Source of the DNA: Terriglobia bacterium
GTDB taxonomy: Bacteria; Acidobacteriota; Polarisedimenticolia; Polarisedimenticolales; CAVOVZ01
NCBI GenBank assembly: GCA_963699985.1
Contig: CAVOVZ010000027.1
Location: forward strand, 16,128-80,127
DNA: 64,000 nt
Direction: 5' to 3'
Shown here: positions 46,898-55,423 of the stretch, piece after piece
Layout of the letters: each line of letters begins with the position of its first letter
Numbering within the stretch: position 1 is the stretch's first letter
Made by a program: the position numbers and the translations under genes
The notes under the pieces: model-generated
What the model saw: only the letters and a program-made list of their open reading frames with translations
Told to the model about the DNA's origin: nothing
Database searches by the model: none

Positions 46898-48477
46898 TGT
46901 CGCTCGCGCGGCGGCACGGCCGAGCGTCCGCGGTAGCTACCGCGACGGCTCCCGTCCGGGCTGCCGTGTACACCAGGAAGTCTACTGAAGCCGGTCTGCA
47001 GCAGGCGTTCAACTCGCTGGCCAACCAGCGCGAGCGAGGTGAAGCATACGCCGCGAGCCAAGGCTGGTCGCTCGTGCCCACGCCATACGATGACGGTGGG
47101 TTCAGCGGCGGCACCACCGATCGCCCGGCATTGCAACGGCTCATTACCGACATCGAAGCGGGCCTCGTGGACGTGATCGTCGTCTACAAGCTGGACCGCT
47201 TGAGCCGATCCGTCTGCGACTTCGTCAACCTGAACCGGTTCCTGGAGAAGCACCGCGTCGAGATCGTGTCGGTCACGGAGCCGATCGACACCCGGACACC
47301 GATGGGCCGCGCCTTCGTCACGGTCCTGATGTCCTTCGGGCAGATGGAACGAGAACAGACCGCCGAGCGCACTCGCGACAAGGTCCACGCCGCTCGCCGA
47401 CGCGGGAAGTGGACTGGTGGCACGCCGATCCTCGGGTACGACACCGCGCCCGAGGGCGGGCGGCTGGTCGTCAACCGTGACGAGGCCGGGCAGGTGCGGG
47501 GCATCTTCGAGATGTTCGTGGAGAACCCCTCCCTGGTCTCCGTCGCCGCCGAAGTGAACCGCCGGGGATGGCGGCGGAAGTCGTGGACCACCCGGGACGG
47601 CCACCGCCGCGAAGGTGGGACCTGGGATCGCCTCAACCTTCGGACCCTGCTCACCAACCCGCTCTACACCGGTCTGCAGAAGCTCGCTGGCCAGACGTTC
47701 CCTGGCGAGCATCCTGCCATCGTCTCGAAGGCGCTGTTCCAGCGAGTCCAGCGGCTTCTCGACGGGAACCGCCGTGACCGGGGCGCGCCCGAGCGAAACC
47801 GCCACGGGGCCCTCCTGCGTGGACTGCTCCGCTGCGCCACGTGCGACTCGGCGATACTCCACACGCCCACGAAGAAGAACGGCAGGTTGTACCGCTATTA
47901 CCGATGCGGGTCTGTCCTCCGTCGTGGAGCGGAAGTCTGCGCGTCGCGGCCGCTCCCCGCGGAGAGGGTCGAGGGGTTCGTCGTCGACCAGATCCGGCGC
48001 ATCGGCCAGGACCCGGTGCTCCGGGCCGAGACGTTCCGGCAGGCCCTGGCGCAGATCGCAGCAGAGCGCAGGGGAGCCAAGGCGGAGGTGAAGCGCGTCA
48101 GACGCGACCTGGACGTCGCCAGGGGGGACGTGGAGCGCCTCGTCGCCACCCTCTCCCGCACGACCGGCCCGGCCGCCGAGGCAGTCCGCGCCGAGGTCGA
48201 GAAGGCCCAGGCGAACGTCACCACCCTCGACGCCCGGCTCGCCGAGGTCCGGGCCCGCGAAGCCGCCCTGGCCAGCCAGCACGTCGACGAGGCCGATGTA
48301 GCTCATGCGCTCCGGGACTTCGACGAGCTGTGGTCGGTCTTGCTCACCTCCGAGAAGGAGCGCGTCCTCGGCCTCCTGATCGCCGCCATCCGGTACGACG
48401 GCTCGACCGCGAAGCTCGACATCGACTGGCGGCTGGCTGGCTTTGGAGAGCTCGCCCAGGAGCTTGGCGGTGAGTAG
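46897..48477 (+). CDS. Large serine recombinase
   Basis: AAVYTRKSTEAGLQQAFNSLANQRE..VVYKLDRLSRSVCDFVNL..VSVTEPIDTRTPMGRAFVTVLMSFGQMEREQTAERTRD; recombinase and zinc-beta-ribbon regions; coiled-coil C-terminus. Confidence 0.9.
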   Translation: MSLARRHGRASAVATATAPVRAAVYTRKSTEAGLQQAFNSLANQRERGEAYAASQGWSLVPTPYDDGGFSGGTTDRPALQRLITDIEAGLVDVIVVYKLDRLSRSVCDFVNLNRFLEKHRVEIVSVTEPIDTRTPMGRAFVTVLMSFGQMEREQTAERTRDKVHAARRRGKWTGGTPILGYDTAPEGGRLVVNRDEAGQVRGIFEMFVENPSLVSVAAEVNRRGWRRKSWTTRDGHRREGGTWDRLNLRTLLTNPLYTGLQKLAGQTFPGEHPAIVSKALFQRVQRLLDGNRRDRGAPERNRHGALLRGLLRCATCDSAILHTPTKKNGRLYRYYRCGSVLRRGAEVCASRPLPAERVEGFVVDQIRRIGQDPVLRAETFRQALAQIAAERRGAKAEVKRVRRDLDVARGDVERLVATLSRTTGPAAEAVRAEVEKAQANVTTLDARLAEVRAREAALASQHVDEADVAHALRDFDELWSVLLTSEKERVLGLLIAAIRYDGSTAKLDIDWRLAGFGELAQELGGE

Positions 48478-48478
48478 G

Positions 48479-48853
48479 GTGGCGGCGAGTTCGTCCTACG
48501 TGGTCGACTTCCGACCCGGGCGTGCCCCGGAGTCGGAGCCCGTGGGCCGCGTCCCCCGCGTCGCCCGGCTGCTCGCCCTGGCTCACCGGATCGACGGGAT
48601 GATCCGCACCGGCGAGATAGCCGACCTCGCCACGGCCGCCCGACTGTGCGGCGTGAGCCGGGGTCGCATGAGCCAGGTGATGAACCTCTTGCTCCTGGCC
48701 CCCGCGATCCAGGAGGCGATCATCGACTTGCCGCCGGTCACGAAGGGGAGGGACCGGATCACCGAGCGGGGCCTGCGGGAGATCGTGGCGGAAACGGAGT
48801 GGGAGAGGCAGATCGCTCGTTGGGCGGCTATCCGCGCCCACGCGGAATCGTGA
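48479..48853 (+). CDS. Recombinase-associated small protein (third gene of the module)
   Basis: GTG 2 nt after the recombinase stop. ..LCGVSRGRMSQVMNLLLLAPAIQEAIIDLPPVTKGRDRITERGLREI.. (HTH-like). Confidence 0.55.
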   Translation: MAASSSYVVDFRPGRAPESEPVGRVPRVARLLALAHRIDGMIRTGEIADLATAARLCGVSRGRMSQVMNLLLLAPAIQEAIIDLPPVTKGRDRITERGLREIVAETEWERQIARWAAIRAHAES

Positions 48854-49063
48854 ACGTGCCCCCGTGCGGCCGTTCCTCCTGGTCGTCCCGCCGGCGAGAG
48901 TCCTTCTCGTTCTGGAGCTTCTTCGTATCGTGGGTCTCGCGGGCCTTCCCCTGCTGCTCCTTCTGGTGGACTGATTTGGCCCAAGGATCGGGAGTCGTCC
49001 GAGGCGTTCTCTTGTCAGTCATTCCGGTCTCCATGACGAATCGAGCGGTACTCGGAGGATATC

Positions 49064-49648
49064 ATGCCCTACCTCAGCCCCCCAACCCTCACCGCCGACG
49101 AACAGAAGCTGATCCTGCGCGCTACCATCGGCAACATTCGGGACCACGTGATCTTTTCCCTGGCCCTCGGCACCGGCCTCCGCCTCGCCGAGATCGTCGG
49201 GCTCAACGTCGGCGACGTGTTCACACCCGATGGCGCGCCCCGGGTTCGCGTCCGCATCCGCGCCGCGATCGCGAAGGGTCACCGGGCCGGGGATGTATTC
49301 CTTCCCGATCGGCTCCTGCCGAAGCTGAAGCGGTTCTGGACTCACAAGACGAAGCGCGGGGAGGGACTCCAGCCTGCCGATCCCCTCTTCGCAAACCAAT
49401 CCCGCCACCGGATTTCGAAGCGGCGGGTCCAGTTCGCCTGGAGGACGTGGCAGCAGAGGGCGGGGTTCGATCGGCTGTACCCGTTTCATTCCATTCGCCA
49501 CAGCAGTATCACGAACGTGTACCGGTCGTCCCGCGACCTCTTCCTGGCGCAGAGGTTCGCGAGGCACGTGAGCCCGTTGACGACGGTGGTGTACACGCAT
49601 CCGAGCGACGACGAGATGGCCAGGAGGGTGTGCGAACTCCCCTGCTGA
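49064..49648 (+). CDS. Short tyrosine recombinase (catalytic domain only, 194 aa)
   Basis: GGAGGA upstream. LALGTGLRLAEIVGL (Arg), HSIRHSSITNVY (HxxR), ARHVSPLTTVVYTHP (His..Tyr). Confidence 0.85.
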   Translation: MPYLSPPTLTADEQKLILRATIGNIRDHVIFSLALGTGLRLAEIVGLNVGDVFTPDGAPRVRVRIRAAIAKGHRAGDVFLPDRLLPKLKRFWTHKTKRGEGLQPADPLFANQSRHRISKRRVQFAWRTWQQRAGFDRLYPFHSIRHSSITNVYRSSRDLFLAQRFARHVSPLTTVVYTHPSDDEMARRVCELPC

Positions 49649-49669
49649 GCTGAGGCCAGCAGCAGCATC

Positions 49670-50083
49670 GTGGTACTCTGCCGGTGCGGTTTCCGGTGCG
49701 AACTGTGCGGAAAACGGACTGTTACGATGAGCAGACGATGGCGAACGGTTCATGGCTATGACCGGTCACGGGCAGCTGAAGAAGCTGAAGACACCGGCGA
49801 GCTGCCTCTGACCCGCGCCACAGATTTCGTCTATCGAGAGTATGACTGCAAGCGCCGTGGCATTACCCGCCGCCAGGTCCGAGAGTTCCTCGAGGCGAAT
49901 TGCAACCGTGGCTGGCACCACGTGGCTGGCCCGAGTGTCCGAGCGGTTGGTTACTACTCCACCGACCTCACGGAAGACGAGAAGCGGATGTTGCTTGCTT
50001 CTGCGAAGAAGTCGGGTCAGTTGAAGACATCGGAACCCCGCCGCAATCTCAATACGCCGTCTGATCCGCCCCTCAACACCTGA
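49670..50083 (+). CDS. Hypothetical cassette protein A
   Basis: ORF with an alternative ATG at 49727 (MSRRWRTVHGY..). Coding-like middle (DFVYREYDCKRRGITRRQVREFLEANCNRGWHHV). No family recognised. Confidence 0.4.
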   Translation: MVLCRCGFRCELCGKRTVTMSRRWRTVHGYDRSRAAEEAEDTGELPLTRATDFVYREYDCKRRGITRRQVREFLEANCNRGWHHVAGPSVRAVGYYSTDLTEDEKRMLLASAKKSGQLKTSEPRRNLNTPSDPPLNT

Positions 50084-50112
50084 CTGGCAAGGCGTCCTGG
50101 TGGACGGAGGCG

Positions 50113-50390
50113 TTCCAGCCGGGAGATGCACTCTTCTGTAACTACTCCCGCCGCTGGATCTCGAAGAGGCGGATCCAGTTCGCGTGGCGTACTTGGCGGA
50201 TAAAGGCCAAGTTCGATCGGTTGTACCCCTTCGATGCGATAAGACACAGCGCCGTGACTTCTGTCTGCCGGATGTCCAAGGACTTGTTCCTGGCCCAGAG
50301 ATTCGTAGGCATTCCTCGAGGTTGGCGACGACCGTCCACACCCATCCCTCGGACCAGGAGATGGCGGGCCGGTTGAGACGGTTGCCCTGA
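50113..50390 (+). pseudogene. Tyrosine-recombinase 3' fragment, copy 2 (frameshifted)
   Basis: QPGDALFCNYSRRWISKRRIQFAWRTWRIKAKFDRLYPFDAIRHSAVTSVCRMSKDLFLAQRF, then a frame change, then LATTVHTHPSDQEMAGRLRRLP-stop. Parallels residues from QPADPLFANQSRH of 49064-49648. Confidence 0.8.
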
Positions 50391-50558
50391 AACCGATGGA
50401 TGGGGTTGGTAGCTCGGCGTTCGCAGCGACGTCTCGCGTTCCACCTGACCCGAACGATGCGGACTGCAAGTCTGGCGCTATCATTCACGACGCGCGGAGG
50501 CGCGCGGAGGCAGACTGTGATCTGGGACAATCAGGACTTTCAACGCTACTGGCGCGGA

Positions 50559-51494
50559 ATGTGGATGGAGCGACAAAGCAAGCATAACCGCGAAGCCCAG
50601 GGGCGCCTCGACAAGCTTCTCGCCGATGCCGCAAAACACGGCTACGTCTGGGGCGGCGGCCTCGCCGCAGCCGCCAGTGGATACGCAGCGGTGATTCTCA
50701 CCGGCCGCGCAAATGAAGCGATAGAAACCTTTGACGAGTCCATCATGGCGCTCAAGCTGGAGCCTGACGACGCAGACTATCGTAACCTCCTCGTCGCAAT
50801 CGAGCAGAGCATCGAGTCTACATGGCCTGCGGTGCAGACCCACATCACCGCGTCGCTGACGCGGCATGCCATGAACCCCTCGCTCGCCGACGTGACGCAA
50901 CTGAAGGATCAGAAGCTCGCGGAGATAAGGCGACTAATAGACAGAAGGCAACTGGAGGTTAGGGCGAGGAATCAAAAGGCCATTCCAGAACTTCGCGATG
51001 CAGTGTTTAACCAGATCAGCCGCCTTAACACTTCCGCCAAAGCGCGACTCGGTTTCTCGATTTTCCGACTCTCGGAAACCCGGATAGTCTCTGACCTCGG
51101 ACGAGTTCCGGTTGGTTCCGCGGACCTGGCAACCTGTTTCCAGGCCTTGGCGATCTTGATCGATCAGATGGACCAGGAGACCCTCATTTGCGAGATCACG
51201 AAGGCCGGACGAGAAGTGCCCAATGGCGGGCTTAACCGCGTGGGGATCGTGCTCGAGCTTCACGGGGTTTCGCACCACATCGAAGTCATTCAGAGGCTGA
51301 GAGATCTCAGGCGCTTGCGGGAAAGCTATCCTGCGCATCCAGACAGCCCCAAGATGCTCGAGGCTGAGGCGAGGATGGGGCTCAATCAGAGAGAGATGAA
51401 TCCCGCTCTGGCCTGGCACGCGGCGCTTCGATATCTCATCTCCGCTCTAGCTGACCTCGACAGCGCGCTGAACGTTTTGCCCCGGAAGCAATGA
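50559..51494 (+). CDS. Hypothetical cassette protein B (helical, lower G+C)
   Basis: ORF open from 50400; first ATG with a coding-like continuation is at 50559 (MWMERQSKHNREAQGRLDKLLADAAKHG..). No family recognised. Confidence 0.5.
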   Translation: MWMERQSKHNREAQGRLDKLLADAAKHGYVWGGGLAAAASGYAAVILTGRANEAIETFDESIMALKLEPDDADYRNLLVAIEQSIESTWPAVQTHITASLTRHAMNPSLADVTQLKDQKLAEIRRLIDRRQLEVRARNQKAIPELRDAVFNQISRLNTSAKARLGFSIFRLSETRIVSDLGRVPVGSADLATCFQALAILIDQMDQETLICEITKAGREVPNGGLNRVGIVLELHGVSHHIEVIQRLRDLRRLRESYPAHPDSPKMLEAEARMGLNQREMNPALAWHAALRYLISALADLDSALNVLPRKQ

Positions 51495-51519
51495 GGAGTC
51501 CTCGCGAATCAACGCTCAC

Positions 51520-51635
51520 CTTCGAGGCCGCGTGCAGAATGGTTCGCTCGGCATGCTTCGCCGTCGATTACGGTTATCCACACGCACCCCTCGGGCCAGG
51601 AGCTGGCGAGCCAGATTCGCGCGTTGCCTTACTGA
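51520..51635 (+). pseudogene. Tyrosine-recombinase 3' fragment, copy 3 (short)
   Basis: EWFARHASPSITVIHTHPSGQELASQIRALPY-stop vs QRFARHVSPLTTVVYTHPSDDEMARRVCELPC-stop. Confidence 0.7.
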
Positions 51636-52147
51636 GACACCGCGTGGCGTCTCGGTGTAGTCGTTCTCGTTGAGACGGCCTCGGGATTCGTCGAAGAGAA
51701 GCCGCCGCGCGGTCTCCACGATGGCCACACCACGACAGCGTAGAACGCGATAGTAGTTCAGCCGCGCGTGACCTGGATGGCACGCGGCGAGAGCACCGCG
51801 ACTGCGTGGAGCAACGGGTCACCAACGTCGCGCAGGAACGGGTACGGACTCAGAATAGCGCGCATGGATCGTCGCGCGCTGGCGTCTCCGCAGCGACAGG
51901 TGAGGATTGTCTCGCCGAGGAACGCCGGCACCGACATGCTGGTCGCCGCGACCTCGCAGGCTTTCTGGACGACCTGTCCGGAACCGCGTAACGCCAAGAG
52001 CGACCGGTGGCGGACCCGGAAATCGCCTGGGATCCGCAAACCGTCGCCTCCCTCCACACCGGACGAAAGCCGGACGGAGGCATCGCAACGTAGCAAGTGG
52101 ACTTGACGGGTCGTTCCGTATCAGAATCAGCTCAGAGGAGAACGACT

Positions 52148-52513
52148 ATGGGTCTCATAGCAGGATGGCTCTTCCGAAGGGCCTACTACAGCCGGCTGGG
52201 TTCACCACACTGCCCCAAGTGCATCGTATTCGGTGGACGAGAGACTCGGATGAAGCGCGACGGCGGAGGCTTCTTCAAATGTGAAGTCTGCGGCTATGAG
52301 GAGTGGCCGACCCCAAGGATAAGGAGTTCGGAGACCGCATTCGTGCTGAGTACTTTGCCAAGAAGGAAGAGGCACCATGAAGGATCTACTCACGCAGCGC
52401 CTCGGTCTGGGCCTAGAGCTGCTCGGGGAAGTCGATATGCCGCCACACCAGCCGGAGGCCGAAGCCGCTACCTCAGCGAATCCTTCCAAGTTGGTCCGCC
52501 TGTCCGCCAATGA
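52148..52513 (+). CDS. Small zinc-ribbon protein (3' end uncertain)
   Basis: GGAGGAG upstream. MGLIAGWLFRRAYYSRLGSPHCPKCIVFGG..FFKCEVCGYEEW. After ~52310 a different frame looks more coding-like (KDKEFGDRIRAEYFAKKEEAP-stop, overlapping the next ATG). Confidence 0.4.
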   Translation: MGLIAGWLFRRAYYSRLGSPHCPKCIVFGGRETRMKRDGGGFFKCEVCGYEEWPTPRIRSSETAFVLSTLPRRKRHHEGSTHAAPRSGPRAARGSRYAATPAGGRSRYLSESFQVGPPVRQ

Positions 52514-52949
52514 GCGCGAGCAGCCCGTCGTCACAGTGAAGTTCGGCCAGTTCGTTGAGTGGACCCATGACGTCGGGAGATACCAGCGGAACAGTGTTAA
52601 TGACGTCGATGCCACGCCCGCAGTGCTCGCGTTACGCGACCCCTCACGTGCTGACTCGAGGTCGGCTGCCGCCGGGGGCGACCCGCTGTTCCTTAATCAG
52701 TCCCGCCGGTGGATCTCGAAGCGCTGGGTCCAGTTCGCGTGGCGGAGGTGGCAGAAGGGGGCCGGGTTCGACCGGCTGTACCCCTTTCAGTGCACGAGGC
52801 ACACGGCCGTGACCTCCGTCTACCGGATGTCCAAAGACCTGTTCCTGGCGCAGCGGTTCGCCCGGCACGTCTCGCCGCTGACGACCGTCGTCTACACGCA
52901 CCCCTCGGACCAGGAGATGGCTCGGGAGATTCGCGGGCTGCCGTGCTGA
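52377..52949 (+). CDS. Chimeric ORF: novel ~100-aa N-terminus fused to tyrosine-recombinase 3' fragment, copy 4
   Basis: MKDLLTQRLGLGLELLGE..VKFGQFVEWTHDVGRYQRNS.., then DPLFLNQSRRWISKRWVQFAWRRWQKGAGFDRLYPFQCTRHTAVTSVYRMSKDLFLAQRFARHVSPLTTVVYTHPSDQEMAREIRGLPC-stop. Intact frame. Confidence 0.55.
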   Translation: MKDLLTQRLGLGLELLGEVDMPPHQPEAEAATSANPSKLVRLSANEREQPVVTVKFGQFVEWTHDVGRYQRNSVNDVDATPAVLALRDPSRADSRSAAAGGDPLFLNQSRRWISKRWVQFAWRRWQKGAGFDRLYPFQCTRHTAVTSVYRMSKDLFLAQRFARHVSPLTTVVYTHPSDQEMAREIRGLPC

Positions 52950-53070
52950 TGCTGGGATACCCACCGAACGGGTCACGTTTCTTCTTTCCCCCACCCCGGT
53001 TCCGATGTAAAAGACACAGGATGTCGTTCGGAAGCGGCATCTGCCCATGCGGCGAAGGAGATGATGAAGA

Positions 53071-53868
53071 ATGCGAATCGCACCCGCGATCGTGATCCTT
53101 GGCGTCAGCTCGAGCTTGTTGTGTTCCGCGGCATCCCCAGCGGCTCCGACCGAACCTGCTTCTCCCACCGCATGCGCGGGGTGGCGCGTGTCCGAGTTCC
53201 CCCAGGGAACGCGATACCGGACCGTTGTCCTCCACATGAAAAAGGCCGGCAAGGAAGCAAGCGTCCGATCTGTCGAGGACTTCGTGCTTGTTCCGTTCCA
53301 CCGCAAGTTCGCTGGTGGGGACGTGGCCGGCACCTATCGATTCTGGAAGCCAGGCGGCTGGATTCTGACCGACCAGGCAGCTTCGTTTCGAACGACGGCC
53401 GACCTGGCGGTCGCAGCCGAGAAGTACTTGATACAGCAGTGGGGTGACCCTCTCCTGCCGAGGCGAATGATGTCGTCGCCGACGGAAGCAATCAACGCAC
53501 AGACAGCCGGGAAGGCCGCTGGCGTTGCCGCTGGGTCCTCAGTATTCGAGATGCTCCTCGGCGGCGCGATCTTCGGTTCGCTGGCCAAGGAGTTCGTCGC
53601 GATCGCAGAAGGCGTGGACTGGGAAAGCGCCGAATGCCGTGCTCGCGCGAGGCTGCTCGTCGTTTCGAGTGCCGCCTGGCCAGAGGGTTCGCGTTTGGTC
53701 ACCGTCGCCGTTTCGGCGATCGGCGCCAGCGAGAAGGAAGTGCTCCCGGAGGATCTTGAGGCGGTGCGACAGATTCTCAGGCCGCCGCTCGTGACGCCAG
53801 CAACCGATGCTCCAGGATCGCCCCCGGACCCGGCAACCGGTCCCGATGGCTCTTCGCGACAGGAGTAA
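53071..53868 (+). CDS. Secreted/lipoprotein-like hypothetical protein
   Basis: GAAGGAG upstream. MRIAPAIVILGVSSSLLCSAAS leader. 265 aa. No family recognised. Confidence 0.6.
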   Translation: MRIAPAIVILGVSSSLLCSAASPAAPTEPASPTACAGWRVSEFPQGTRYRTVVLHMKKAGKEASVRSVEDFVLVPFHRKFAGGDVAGTYRFWKPGGWILTDQAASFRTTADLAVAAEKYLIQQWGDPLLPRRMMSSPTEAINAQTAGKAAGVAAGSSVFEMLLGGAIFGSLAKEFVAIAEGVDWESAECRARARLLVVSSAAWPEGSRLVTVAVSAIGASEKEVLPEDLEAVRQILRPPLVTPATDAPGSPPDPATGPDGSSRQE

Positions 53869-53900
53869 CGGACGAACCCGCCACGCGAACGGATCTCCCG

Positions 53901-54082
53901 GCTGTTCCCTTCCCCAACCCGACCGAATCCGTCCGGTTTCCCGCTTCTCCGTCGTCGTGTTTGGGTGTAGAACCTCCCCAGGTTTGCCACCCGAGGGGGG
54001 TAGCCATGGCCCGCCTGTTCGCAGCCTCCATCCTCATCGTCGCCGTTCTTCCCGCCCTGGCCAGCGAGCCGGGGCAGCCGCT
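53901..54082 (+). repeat. 5' leader/signal-peptide cassette, copy A
   Basis: About 185 bp collinear with 59482-59662 (ggtttcccgcttct.., gggtgtaSaac, atggcccgYctgttcgcagcc..gccgttctYcccgccctggccagcgagcYggggcagcc). Confidence 0.85.
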
Positions 54083-54854
54083 GGATTGCAGCGACTGGGT
54101 GTTCGTGGAGCCGGGGCTGTCCTGCACCACTTGGATTCCGAACCCGTGTGACGAACGATATCCACCATGCGCCACGTCTGGCATACGGGAGGCGTTCGAC
54201 AACCAGGGGCGCATGTACTACACGCGAATGATCCTCAGTATCCGCGTCGAGAGTTGCGGCGGCATCGATCGTGTTGAACTCCGCCGCTACGACGGCGCGT
54301 CGGACCAGTTAGTCGCTTACATCGAGTCGCGTTGTGTCGATGGTTCTGGCTCGGATTCCGTAGCCGGTGGCGATGACATCCTCTTTGATGACAAGGCCGG
54401 GCGTTTCATAACCCTCCTACGAGACTACTGCTACGGCCCGTCTTGCAACTACTCTCCCGGCCATTGGAAGGCTGCGCTCGGCGGTTTCGCGACGACATTT
54501 GACGTTCTCCACACCTACACACCACAAGCCGCGCTGGGGTTCCGCGTCCCCTACATGCCCGAAGGCCTCCCCGCCGCCGACCACTTCGACACCTACACCG
54601 GCGACATCGCCACGCTCGGGGACTTCTCCCAGGCGCAGCCGCTGCAGTGCGACTACCCGACCGCACCGCCGAGCGTGGGCGACTACCTCACCGTGAACGA
54701 CAGCCTCCCGAATCCCGTGGTCGGGAGGGGCCGCTACTACGTCACCGCCGCCACGTACCAGGGACAGACCCGATACGGGCGCAAGGGATTCCGAGGCCAG
54801 TTGTCCGGTCGCGATCCCGCGCTCCTGCCCGCCTGCATCCCGCCCGGACCCTGA
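54006..54854 (+). CDS. Secreted Cys-rich protein with divergent CP-type C-terminal module
   Basis: Signal peptide MARLFAASILIVAVLPALASEPGQP. C-terminus HFDTYTGDIATLGDF..C..NDSLPNPVVGRGRYYVTAATYQGQTRYG..LLPACIPPGP-stop. Confidence 0.75.
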   Translation: MARLFAASILIVAVLPALASEPGQPLDCSDWVFVEPGLSCTTWIPNPCDERYPPCATSGIREAFDNQGRMYYTRMILSIRVESCGGIDRVELRRYDGASDQLVAYIESRCVDGSGSDSVAGGDDILFDDKAGRFITLLRDYCYGPSCNYSPGHWKAALGGFATTFDVLHTYTPQAALGFRVPYMPEGLPAADHFDTYTGDIATLGDFSQAQPLQCDYPTAPPSVGDYLTVNDSLPNPVVGRGRYYVTAATYQGQTRYGRKGFRGQLSGRDPALLPACIPPGP

Positions 54855-54869
54855 CACGGAGGACGCCAT

Positions 54870-55010
54870 GCGCCTCGCATTCATGGCGAGATTCTCGAGC
54901 TGGGCATCGAGGTCTCCCAGGCAACCGTTGCCAAGTACATGCCGCTACGCCGCAAGCCGCCCTCCCCTATCTGGCGAGCGTTTCTCGACAACCACTTGAA
55001 GCAGATCGCA
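54870..55010 (+). pseudogene. Transposase/integrase N-terminal fragment
   Basis: RIHGEILELGIEVSQATVAKYMPLRRKPPSPIWRAFLDNHLKQIA. This motif is typical of rve-type IS transposases (from memory). No remainder of the gene. Confidence 0.45.
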
Positions 55011-55025
55011 AATGAGGAGGAATTT

Positions 55026-55423
55026 ATGGGCCCACGTTCTAGATCCGACAAGGCACCAGCGTGGACGCGTAAGGCCGTTACAGTGGGAAGTGTCTTTCTG
55101 ACTCTCGGAGCATCCTCTCTGGCATCAGCGACGCAAGTGACTTTCCGCGTCCTTGACCAACTCGGTCAGTCGATTCCTGGCTCGACCATACTGGTAGACA
55201 GCCAGGAACTCTCACAGGGCGATACAATCAGCCTAACGCCTGGCCCATACGCGGTCTTCGTGCGGCCCGGCAGGGATGGCAGTCCCGGTGTCAATCGATT
55301 GGAACGTGTTGACAGTCTCGAAGTCGCTGGCGAGTCGCAACTTGCGGACTTCGTGTGGAGAACAGGGTTGCTCACAGTCCGAATCGTCGACCAGAACGAT
55401 GTGCCGATTCCCGCGTCACAATG
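55026..55423 (+). pseudogene. 5' part of the 95-aa-repeat secreted protein, split by an IS
   Basis: AGGAGG upstream. MGPRSRSDKAPAWTRKAVTVGSVFLTLGASSLASA signal. First (divergent) repeat ends ..LTVRIVDQNDVPIPASQ at the IS border. Confidence 0.8.

Noticed and set aside
51640-52100. Minus-strand peptide-like stretches in cassette C (e.g. ..AIVETARRLLFDESRGRLNENDYTETPRG.. and ..SPYPFLRDVGDPLLHAVAVLS..)
   Set aside because: They look weakly coding but lie in two different frames with no clear start or stop and no recognisable family. Evidence is insufficient to call a gene.
49064-52949. Classical integron (IntI + attI + attC cassettes)
   Set aside because: The recombinase is far shorter than IntI and is co-oriented with the cassettes. 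The boundaries are gene-3'-end copies rather than imperfect-palindrome attC sites. It is retained only as a loose analogy in the finding.
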